A DNA stretch of 64,000 nucleotides, from NCBI GenBank assembly GCA_965655095.1, contig OZ296650.1, positions 83,514,001-83,578,000 on the forward strand. The letters are read 5' to 3'. A program made the position numbers and the translations under genes. This DNA is from Haplodiscus bocki. Taxonomy: Eukaryota. Under the pieces are notes generated by a model. That model was not told where the DNA came from. It made no database searches and saw only the letters and a list, made by a program, of their open reading frames with translations. This document shows positions 1 to 10,771 of this stretch, in pieces. Position 1 is the first letter of the stretch. Each line of letters starts with the position of its first letter.

Positions 1-654
1 GGTCATGCTTGCATTACGAAAAAGGTTTACAAACTTAAAGATCTGCAATCAGCCTATTTTCCTCTAAGAAGATTTTGCGCTACTGTTAAAACCTAGGCGA
101 TATATACTTAAGGCACCAAACCTAATGAGCGAAAACGGTAGTCAAAATATAGTTCTTTCTATCTCACAAACTAAACACGATTATATATTGGACTTAAAGA
201 GATGGGTGCAGAGAAAAGTCAATTGAATGAGGCAAAACATTCACACTCGAGACGTTCAATGTAATAAGGCTACACATGCACTTTATCAGGAAGAATGAAC
301 ATAAATCAAGAAGATTTTAAGACTTTGGACCCACAACAACAAACATACAAGCAAATAGGAGAAAAAGAAAATCACGAATTTTTACAAATTCTCTATACCA
401 TTACGAAAAAGTGCTGAGCTCCACGAACCTCAGAAATTGGGCTAGAACGAACACCGCACGTCACGGACTCCAATTTAATCAAGCGTACTAACGAACCGAG
501 ATGAACGGAATATCTGAGCTGAACGAATACTTCACGTCACAGTATTGGTACTGAAGCCTCAACGTGGACAAGCTCTAGAAGAATTAGAAAACCGAGAAAA
601 CGATCCATCAGCCAGATAGTCGAAAATGACGAAATCGTCAAACGATTACCCAAC

Positions 655-2590
655 AACAAGACCCGTTCACTCTGGCATATTTTGCCCCTGCTCAGTTTGG
701 TTTAGAAAAAACTTCTAAGAAAGGAAAACAATTTTTTCTGCAAAGATCTCTTTTCTTCATCCTATTTTGTAATTTTTCCAACATTCGGAGTTTTTTGTTT
801 TTTCCTGCCAAAAAACCTCAGAACTTTGGGGTGAAAGGTATGTTCAGGAAATGTTACCATTTGATACGCATGCTACAACGATTTTGGCAACTTCGGCGAG
901 TTCGAATGAAAACCAAGTTTTCCCGAAACGCCAATACAATTTTTCAAAATGAACAACAATTTGGACGTATTGAGAAGTCTTACTATATCAGTCTCGGCAA
1001 TCTTGGGAACACTGGCATCTTCGATGATCTCGGCTGTCTTGGCTATATCAACAATTATTGCATTCTTGGTATTGTTTGCAATCTTTGTTCTTTATGATTT
1101 TTTTGCCGTTTTTGCATTCTTTGTATTCTTTGCAATATTCCGATCTCTGCATTTTTTGCATTTTTTGCACTTTGAGCAATATTTGAATTCTGTGCTTGCT
1201 GTGCATTCTGTGCAATTTTGCATTTTTAGTATTCTTTCAAACATCCCATTCTTTGCACTCTTTGCAATCTTTGCTTTCCTTGCATTCTTTGAAGAATTGT
1301 TTTCATTTTTTACATTCTTTGCTTTTTTACATTTTTGCAATCGTTGCATTCTTTGCATTTTTTGAACTTTTTTGCACTTTTTGCTTTCTTTGCTTTTTCG
1401 CAATAGTTGCATGCTTTAATTTTGGCTTTTTTTCAGTCTCTGCACACTTTGCATCCGTCGCATTTTTTGCCTTCTGAGAAATTTTCGAAGTCTGTGTGTT
1501 CTTTGCATTCTGTGCATTATTTGTAGTCTTTGCATTTCTTGCATTCTTTGTTTTTTTTTGCATTTTCTGCATTTTTGACCGTTTTTGCGTTCTTTGCATT
1601 CCATGCATTTTTTGCATTTTTTGCATTCCTGCAACTTTTACAATCTCGGTGATGTCGGCAAGATTGGCATTTTTAGCATTGCTTGCGTTCTTTGCAATTG
1701 TCTTCTTTCTTTGCATCCTTTGCATTCTGTACAACATTTGCATTCTCTGCAATCTTTGCATCCTTCGCATTTTTGCTTTCTGTGCACTTTTTGCATTTTT
1801 ACAATTTTTTCCTTCTCAGGAGTATTCGCATCCTTTGCAATCATTGCATTCTTTGCATTTCTTGCATCCATTGCATTTTTTTCGTTTTTAGCAGCTTTTG
1901 CATTCGTTGCGTTCCTCTCATTTTTGCATTTGTTCCATACTTTGCTTTCCTTGTGTTCTTTGCACTCTTTGCAATCTTTACTAAATTTGCATTTTTTGAA
2001 TTCAATGCAATCTTTTCTTTTCTTCCATTCTTTGAATTTTTTTGTGCAATCCTGGCGTTCCTCGAATTCTTTCAATTCTTGGTGTTCTTTCACTCCGTTG
2101 CATTCTTTGCAGTCATTACACTCCATACTTACATTGCATTTTTTGCAAACGTTGCATTTTCTGCTTTCTTTTTTTTTCCAATCTTTGCACTCTTTAATTT
2201 TTTGCAATTTTTGCATTCAATGCAATCTTTTATTTTCATGCTTTCTTTATTATTTATTTACCTTTACTGCATTCCTTGCGTTCCTTGCATTCATTGCATT
2301 CTTCGTGGTCTTTGCTTTCGTTGCATTCTTTGCATTCATTGCACTCCTTACTTACTTTGCATTCTTTGCATTCGATGCATTGTTTTGTTTCCTTTCATTT
2401 TTTTTCATTCCTTACACTCGAACTCTTTGCGTTATTGAATTTTTTCCTCTTTTTTGCTTCTTGGCAACCTTGGCTGAAAATATCCACGCGAGCCACCATC
2501 GCGAGCCCATTTGGCAAACTTCGGCTAAAAAAGGCACCTATTTGAGAGGATTATTTTGTTTTGCATATTCTGAAAGAGACGGCGCAAAAT
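655..2590. mobile_element. Non-autonomous DINE-1/HINE(Helentron)-like element with expanded central tandem repeat, inserted in the 5' LTR
   Basis: Both ends align with the compact copy at 32285-32795: AACAAGACCC..GGCATA.TTT.(T)GCC hairpin, ttttcttcatc, tgagaa.t.ttact...tcagt..ggcaatc, gcccattt, ctatttg, gg.gcaaaa. This block is absent from the 3' LTR. The family assignment is inferred from structure. Confidence 0.6.
1050..2465. repeat. Degenerate ~9-bp tandem repeat (TTCTTTGCA / TTTTTGCAT)n
   Basis: TTTGCA cores recur at ~9-bp spacing. This generates stop-free low-complexity ORFs on both strands (FFA, LHS, CKE, AKN, MQR peptides). Confidence 0.95.
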
Positions 2591-3149
2591 GAAAAACTAC
2601 AAAAAAATTAATGTAGAAAACTTTTGACACGAAAAGTGTACTGTGATTTCAAGTTTTTGGGACATAGTAAACTGATCGTCAAAACTCCGGAGTGTAATGT
2701 CTTTTTCGAGTGTAGAAACGTTATTTGAACGATGCAAAACACGACTTTTTGTCATTCGGTCAAAATACCATACTTTCAACTTTTCAAACCCTGTACTGGA
2801 ACAATCAATAAAACATCAAAGGACTCGTTTGTAAGAGTGCGATGATGCTCGACCAAAAAATGGTAATTGTGAACGCCGATCATCATGTGCTAGAAAAATC
2901 AAGTGTTCAGATATGTTTCTAGCCAACGAGAAACCATAACAAGGACAGTTTACCCTAGTACCTTGTTTTACTTAATTTGCCACTGGAAGTATGCATTGAA
3001 ATGTCAATCACTTCAGTGTAAATCAACGTTGTAAATACATACTCTCACTGTTTACCGCCGGGTTCTTCAGACCTCCAAATCAGACTAAACAACTTAAATA
3101 AACATTAAATTCACAAATTTTATTTCCTGAAAGAAATAGTCACCGTAGA

Positions 3150-4735
3150 ATGATAACGTCAGAGAAGAACACAACAACCACAAGGCACTACAATCAACTC
3201 GGTATTGCCTATCGCTCGGCCGAAGCAACAACAAATTGGAGAGAAAATTTGCTGTCACAACTACTCGAGCGTAGAATGAGGTCAAAGAAGATAAAGAGCA
3301 GTATAATTGCTACCGCTGCCTCTCTATCTATCCAATTAGGGAAGTTGATCCAGTCAGTGAGACAACATAATGAAGAGAAGTTCGACTTGCTCTACTGAAG
3401 GGAACGCAAAGTCCGATTCACCGCAGTCATTGAGCTAACGTTCTAACTTGATGATAGGAGTTCCTAGATATCCACTTGCAAATATGGTGACAGGAGCTAG
3501 GGCAAACTACCACCCCATTTTCCTAACAACATCCCCAGCATCGATATAACAAGAGGAAGTTCAGCCAGTAACACCCCACACCAACAACTGCACCACACAC
3601 CAAGCAGACGAATCCGGTGGCGACTTAGGCAACGAGGTGGACCTTTTTATTGTCGCCATCACAGACTTACCAAGACAACTCCTAATAGGCCAAGCCAAGA
3701 CAGAGGAGCTGCAGACCCATTCAGCGTTTTCCAACAGTCAAACCGTGAAGTAAAAAAAGTTGGAACAATTGCTGGTCAATCCCATACACCCACTCTACAA
3801 AAAACTTTCAGATGAGCAGAAGCTTCGTTTCCTTCTCAAAATATTCACACGCGTTGCCATTGATTTTTCGTAAGCCCTGCACATAAGCCGGGAACCACAG
3901 TCAGACAATAAAATAAAAAACGGCAAACCGATAACCGATGTTGTCCCACATTTACAGGAACTCGTTTCCACTGTGACAGGAAAGGACAAGAAATTGCAGA
4001 TAACCGAAACAAGAAGCGTGTGAAAACAGATGGACCTCAAAGTCACAACAGAAGAACTGAGCTGAAAAACAGAGATATAATTAGGAAAGGATCCGCAAAA
4101 ACCACGGACACACTGGACATTATGCTGGAGATTACAGACCCCGGAGAAATGCAGCTTCAGTCGACCGGAGTGTTATCTACATTAAGTAGAGTCCGGAAGA
4201 AAAGGTTGGGATCAGCAAAAGGTTCAGAGCAACCCACGATCAACAGTACCTAAATGAGGAACTACATGAGGCACATGAAGGTGACATTCCTTCTGCGAAC
4301 GAATCAGACCAAGCCTATTGCTAAATTAACTCAGCCACGCCCCATATACGAGAAAAATTTCAAGTGTGCAAATTGTGTTATGAAAAAGTTCTTTTTGTGG
4401 GAAGAAATTTATCTTTTCAGCAATTTAATCCAAAATTTTGGAATTTGAAAGCATATCATCTGCCTCCCACGGAAAAAGCCACAACCAGGCCGAGTTTCAG
4501 AAACAGCTCCAGAGATTCACCCACAACGATAGTCAATCCAAAAACAAACCAGAGAACACCCCTACCAATGAGCACACTCGCGTCCCCGAAACAACCGAAG
4601 CAGAAATTGTGTAAAGAGAAAACCAAGGAAGCGTTACAGACAATCGGAGTGACAACTCCAAAAAAAGGAAACTCACAGAAAACACAATCAACAAACGGGC
4701 GCGTGAGAATGAACATCAAGAAATTCAATCACTGA
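3150..4735 (+). pseudogene. gag: gag-like relic (frameshifted)
   Basis: Peptide LLVNPIHPLYKKLSDEQKLRFLLKIFTRVAIDF (~3770-3870) resembles Gypsy capsid; lies upstream of the protease. Confidence 0.5.
3485..3496 (+). promoter_or_regulatory. Primer-binding site, tRNA-Leu-like (TGGTGACAGGAG); degenerate second copy at 3449-3460
   Basis: 11/12 match to the complement of the eukaryotic tRNA-Leu(CAG) 3' end (TGGTGTCAGGAG), located just downstream of the LTR. Confidence 0.55.
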
Positions 4736-4789
4736 CTGGAGCTTTCAAAATAAGGAAAAAACATCGTTCGTTACTAAGACATTTCCAAT

Positions 4790-5120
4790 TTCAAGAGTTT
4801 GAAAATTTTGGCCAACTGGACAAGAGCGTTTTTCTTCGCACACAATCAGAAACTCGAAGCCGCAGGATTTCATCCCCTAACAAGCAGCACTCTTACAATG
4901 AAGGCCCTTACAAACTTTCAAAATCCAGATAGCCAACGTCAGTTTTGTCGTGGTGAAAAAACAAGTACTTTTCAGATTTTTATCAGCCGGAAAAATGTTT
5001 GAATAAAAGTTCAGCGTTTTACCGGCTTTGACGATTATCTTGGTGGGAATGCCTTCCTTCCAAAAAACCGCAGTAACTCGACATCAGTAACCACTTAGAA
5101 AATTATCCTAATTTCTTAAT
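4790..5120 (+). pseudogene. Retroviral-type aspartic protease relic
   Basis: FKIQIANVSFVVVKKQVLFRFLSAGKMFE..FSVLPALTIILVGMPSFQK (flap IANG-like and ILG.-like motifs); catalytic DTG is degenerate. Confidence 0.6.
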
Positions 5121-5959
5121 ATAACCGAAATATGTTAACGTCCTTCAAGTGCGACATGCGTTACTTAGGAGTTGCAAAGAAAATGGTGGTACCTCCAATC
5201 TAGCAAACTCTGATTCTTGTATGTAACAACAAAGAAAGAGGTACATCACAAAGAAGAGTTGAAGTAACACATTATGTCACCCGAAAAACAACCCCGCTTG
5301 CAACACCAGCAGTCGTGGAACTTGACACCAACAACACGGTCGTTCAAATTACAGAACCAAATGATCAGACAAACACAGTAAATTCAGGTGGAGTACTGCA
5401 AACTGCAAAACTCCAGAATTTGGACGCTGAACTTGGCCAAAAACGTTAAAACCGTGCCCGGGACCAGCTTATCTTGCTATGTCAGTTCCTGTATGACGAA
5501 CCCCACCTCATCGACTAACTCTACCTCGAACCAATCAAAGCAGAAGACGAACGATGGTACCCAACTCCCTAAAAGTTTTCTCACCCTGACATAATAAACC
5601 CACTTAAAGAGAACTGGCGAAGGTGTAGTCAATTCAAGGGCACAACAGAAGTTGGATCGGATCCAAAGAGATTAGGAACCAGAAATACTCTCCTTAAGAG
5701 TCAAATGGGACAACTTGTGACTCAGCAAAAATGAGAGATAACGGTTTAAACAATTCTTGTATGAGTCTCATCAATTTTTTTGACGAATCGCTACAATATA
5801 GGCACTAATATTGAGCTTGAGGTTGAGTTAACGCGATAAAACAACAATCCGATCTATGCGTAAAGCCAGTCAACAGCAACATACAAGAAACACAAGCTCA
5901 GAATTTTAGTCGACTTAGCGCTTATGGAAAAACATGATCTGTTGACTTCTTATTTTTTA

Positions 5960-6700
5960 AAAAACTTTTATCGCGAAATTTTGCCCAGGAGAAACCTATC
6001 GCTAAATTAAGACTCCTTGAAGATCTCAGAAAAAATTACCGTTTAAACACGCATGACTGCAACGAGCATAACCACCCGTTACCACCGTTGCCGACGGCGC
6101 CCAACAGATGGCATTAAGATTTTCTGCAAGTTCGACCGTGCCCAAGCCCATCACTGCTTGCAAATGTCTGACGAACAATGCATTCATTTTCTGTACCTTA
6201 GTTTTGTCTCCCGAACGTTGGCATACAAAAGTTTGGCACAGGGTCTTAACTGCTCAATTTCAACGTTTCTCAGATTTGCTTGAGGGTACCCTAATCCTGT
6301 GGAGAAAGCAGATATATGCGTCCAAAACGTTAACGACATTGGCATCGCAGCCCCCACGACCGTCTATATCATCCAAAACTTCAAGGAGCTTTTCCAGTGC
6401 ATCGACAAAACTAGACTAAAAATGCCAGTAGACAATTTTTTGGTAAAGGAAAAACTCAGTCATTAGGTAAGACAACCAGCAGCCAAAATTCATCGATCGT
6501 TCCATAAAAACTGTTGGAAATTTCGAAACATCCCACATCAGTGGAGTCATTCCGACTGTACACAGGTTCTGTTAATTTTTGCAGGCAGTTTTCATCAGAT
6601 CCAGCAGAAAAATTGATACCACTGTAAAAGCTATTAAGAACAGACGTTAAATATGTTGTTACCGACTCGGTTTGACGGTCGATCATTGAGCTTGTTGAAA
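5960..6700 (+). pseudogene. pol: Reverse transcriptase relic (Gypsy)
   Basis: KPIAKLRLLEDLRK (LRL.VD.R), FCKFDRAQAHHCLQM (K.D...AYH), LAYKSLAQGL, CVQNVNDIGIAA (YVDD decayed to NVND), FQCIDKTRLK. Confidence 0.9.
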
Positions 6701-6739
6701 ACCTAGCAAAAGCAGCCAAGACGAACCTCTGTTTACCTG

Positions 6740-7140
6740 TGCCCGAAAGAAAACTGGTCCTCAAGTAAAACGCCAGAGGGCAATCGGCCGGGTATGTCCA
6801 ATTTGCGAGAGAAAACACGGAGACAACTGAGGGAAACCAGTAATTCTACGCACCAGCTACAATCAGCTCAGGTTTGTTTACCACTGGTCAACTGTCTTCA
6901 ATTAAAAGAGTGAGTAAATTTGGGCATCTTTTTAACTTCAACCAAATTGGACATACACTTTGCGAAATCAAAGTAGTCATATTAGTCATGGCCAATTATA
7001 AAGCATTTACTTTGTCCTCTCAGGCGAGACAGATCCCTCAGATCTCTAGAAATTCTGGCAGCAAACCCTACGGTTTTTTGTTTTGCTCATGAAACGGGAG
7101 CTGGGTACCCCGCAGCCGAGTTTTTGTCGCGATCGGAAAA
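6740..7140 (+). pseudogene. pol: RNase H relic
   Basis: LVLK*NARGQSAGYV (DAS..G), YAPATISS, ILVMANYKAFT (TD.K.L). Confidence 0.7.
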
Positions 7141-7689
7141 TAAGCCCCCAACAAAAGAAATTTTTTCACATCAATTGATAACATTCCAATGTACCATAAA
7201 AAAATGGAGAAAATCTTGAACCCCGCAACAAGACTGCGTGGATTGTGTTTCTGACCATCACTCTCAAGCGATACATTTAGTTCTTCCTGTTGAGGCGCAA
7301 GCGCATTTAGACTAGGTGATGAACACGTTACCAATGAGACTGCAAGAGACCGCGTACATTGTTGGCAGTCGTCGAATACAAAAACGCACTGACTTCTTGG
7401 CCCGTGGATCTTCCGAGCAGGTGCTTCAGTACTCGGTCAAGTCTGTAATCAAGCTAGCACCGTGCCCTTCGGTACTAAATCAGAATGAGCCCAACCGCGA
7501 GTATTAATTTTTTAAAACCCAGTGAGCTCATGATCCGTGTCTTACGTCTACCAGAAATCCCGCCTAACCACGTTATCCTTACTAATGGATTGTTCCAAAA
7601 TTTAAACAAGGACAAAAGGCAGCAAGAACTAATTAACAAACCACTGTACCGAAAACTCGACCACCACATGGAACAAGAGAGCCACAAAC

Positions 7690-8720
7690 TAATCGTTGTT
7701 GAGTACGACACGAGAGTTGTTACAGTAGGGACGCTGCATAAAAAGCCTATACAGGGAAACGCTCGATCAATTAAAATGATGGACGAACGACGTACCCGAT
7801 ACTACTCACCCAACATGGCTGAGAAATTAAACCATTTCCGTTGACAACTGCCAGCTGTGCATCCGGCGAAACGATGTCGAGACTAGGAATTGATACCATC
7901 GCTCCAGCAGATCTACAACCAAAATGGCGGACCAGAAGACATGTTCGGGAAGAATTTAAATGAAGAACTACCATTCACAAACAACTTCACGCAAAAATTC
8001 ACAGCCACTGATGTGTTTTTGCCTTCTTTGTTGCCATCGATGATAAAAAACCTGACACCCAATCCATGGTCGAAATAACTCTCGCAATGTCCGCACCACA
8101 CGCCTACGTCCCATGGAAAGTCGTCACTGACAACGGATGTGCCCTTCAACCAAACTGCTCAAAGAACTGATGGACACTACAGGCAGCAAAATTGAACATG
8201 CCACTTTGAAGCATGCTCAAATGTTCGGTATGGTCGAACGACTTGACGACAAAAAAGAGCCAAAACTGTCAATCAACGCTCCAGTTGACTCCCCACAATC
8301 AGACCGACGAAGCAATCTAGCAGCTTTGGCGCACAACAAGACTTACCAACAAACATTGAATAACTAACCATCTGAATTTCCTAAGCACGGGTCCCCTACC
8401 ACGCACTGGACCGCAACCTTTGGCACCCATAACAAGAACAACCACGAGGCAACACAGTAATCAGAACACTTGTGGACCAGGTAAACGAAAACTCAAAGTC
8501 AATGTCGACAACATTTTCCAAGCCTTTTCAAAGAAAAGGTAACTATGACTGTAAGTCGCAGGCTTCACCGTTAAAAAAAGGTGAGTAGGTCATTTTGTTC
8601 AATCCAATATACAATAGTCAATCAAACAACGCTGAGTTTGAAACTTTTCTTCAGAAAAGCCCCTTTCGAGTCCAAAAATCTCTATCACAAACAAACTAAA
8701 CCATCCGACAATCCGCAACG
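7690..8720 (+). pseudogene. pol: Integrase relic (HHCC zinc finger and rve core)
   Basis: LHKKPIQGNARSIKMMDERRTRYYSPNMAEK (H..GH.G...R.RYY.P.M), GPEDMFGKNLNEELP, TATDVF, GSKIEHATLKHAQMFGMVER (G.VER). Confidence 0.85.
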
Positions 8721-10029
8721 CATGAAACACGACATTTCCACAATATACTTCGAGGTGCAACAACCAATCGACACCACAGTCAACTACACCAATCTCTACC
8801 AAGTTCCAGATGCAAACGATGATGCTGAACTATTCAAAATCATGACGGACGATAATAGCCCACACACCAATCGCGACGTTTGCCAGAGAGATGGGCAACC
8901 GGTAAGCATCATCGGTCGAAAAATCAAAGCAAAAGAACCTCCCCCAAAATAACAAAAGAACCTCCATCAATAGAACAACGCCTACTAATCAACCGACTAC
9001 ACCCACGGAAACTTACACCAACGAGGCACCAAACAATCCATTCCAATGGAAACAAAGCAATTACACCTAGAGACAATGACTTGGTTTCACCACCTCGCCA
9101 AGCACCAAAAAAATCTCAATACCACCACTCGCCATACAGGAGCCAACAATTCCCAAAAATTCACTATCACCGACCACCGATCATTGCTTCCTTATTATTG
9201 AAAACATTGATACAAACCGTCAAACAACATTTAAATACTTCAATTACCAAGGAACTTGTCACAAAGACTTGTACGAACGTTACGATGTAGTGCATACATG
9301 CCAAGCTGGTACCCGCTGTGTACCAGGAGATGTTAAGGTATGAACTTAGGATAAAATACACGATAAGCCCGGCATCTAGTGGACAAAAGAAATTAACTGT
9401 GCGATCTTCACCACTGGTCTCACGGCACACTCAACCACCATGAAAATATTGAGTTTTTCAGGGGGGGTTTGGCTTCCTCGTAAAGTTACTCCCGGAAATT
9501 CAGCATCATCAGTGCGATTTTTTGAAAAGCGAACTCCAAACATGTCAAAAAAAATCGCAATTTAGTGCTACATGGATTTCTCTAAGTCTTCAAACCACTA
9601 CGACGCCACTTATATCACACGTTTCAGATTCAGTAATATCCACCGGTACACACCACACTCAAAATTGAAAATCTTAGATTTTCCAACAACAAAAACCCAT
9701 AGCAGGAACTTCACAAACTCACAGCCGATATTAAATTATTACACATCTACATTCGCCTAATCAGTTCATAGTCTCACACTTTCCAAGTCAACAGAAAAAA
9801 TCGGCACAACCCTTTATAACCTCTCAGCATCAAAATCGCTATGACGTTCTCAAGACGAAACAATGCTCTTCCGGTTCACACAAAAATTGTCCATAGCATA
9901 AAATACAGTTCAAAGGTAACGCAACCACAATTACAGAGTGAAAACAATCTAAGCACGAATAACAATCAACAGAAGAAAACGCCAATGCACAGTTCAGAAA
10001 GTCTTTGTCAATAGAAAGCTTTCTAAGTT

Positions 10030-10620
10030 CACACACACAACTTACTACCACAAAACCTCACTGTTATGTTGTGCAAGACTCGTTCGGTTTCTTTCTCTAT
10101 ATATCCGCATAATAACATAGTCGTGTTACGATAATCACACAACAACACGAGGTTGACTTTTAGAGGGAAGTGAAATACCCACGACCTACACGAAACCGGA
10201 AAACGAGCAAAAACAGTAAACTCCCCGGAAATGGATTTTTCAACTCCTTCCACATGCTTGTTTCCATTCATCGAACCCACCCTCCTGTTTGTTCCCCTGA
10301 AGATTTCAAAGTCTCATGACACCTAATTCAAAGGTTCTCCGGCCCTGACACCTTTCACCGAAGTGCCTACTACAGTAGACTTCTCAAAACTCTCAATCCT
10401 ACAATCAAACTCAGATACAAAAAAAATCAGGAGAGCAAAATTAAATAAAAATCATGTCAACCCGAAAAGATCAGGGGCCTAGTTGAGCTCGCGGGCAAAC
10501 TGTTTCAAGTTCTTCTTCTTTCTTTTTTCCCGCTCTTTTTTCGGTTTTCTTGGTTTTTCCACTCTCTCCCTCCAGCGCATTATCAGCCCAGGGGTCTGTT
10601 TTTCTCTTTAACATTCTGCA
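10030..10620 (-). pseudogene. Antisense multi-exon accessory gene relic D (unknown function; basic, NLS-like N-terminus)
   Basis: Minus strand: acceptor TTGCAG (10621-10616), then MLKRKTDPWADNALEGESGKTKKTEKRAGKKKEEELE; pyrimidine-rich intron ending TTGTAG (10404-10399); exon including ORF 10029-10280; donor GTAAGT (10045-10040). Confidence 0.4.
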
Positions 10621-10771
10621 ATACATCGAAATAATAATTACAAAAAGATGGATGGAAAGGCAACTGTCGTGACGTTCTGAGCTTCAGTCTTCAACTGTAC
10701 CTCTAGCCTAGTACTCGATACTAACACTGTAGTCGGGATCATGAAGTTTATCATCTCTATCTAGGACCAAC

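Larger units (their letters stand above)
1..3450 (+). repeat. 5' LTR (interrupted by the 655-2590 insertion); right end uncertain (~3190-3480)
   Basis: Starts ggtcatgcttgcat vs 3' LTR tgtcatgctcgcat. Shared blocks in the same order: acgaaccgagatga (~490/~16187), cgtggacaa, gatcca(t/c)ca, tcgtttgtaa.agtgcga (~2825/~16575), ccataacaaggacag (~2934/~16684), ctgttta. Confidence 0.75.

Noticed and set aside
795-2592. Long ORFs (up to 335 aa) resembling membrane or Cys-rich metallothionein-like proteins
   Set aside because: They are open in several frames on both strands because the underlying 9-bp repeat lacks stop codons, and the block is a TE-internal expansion.
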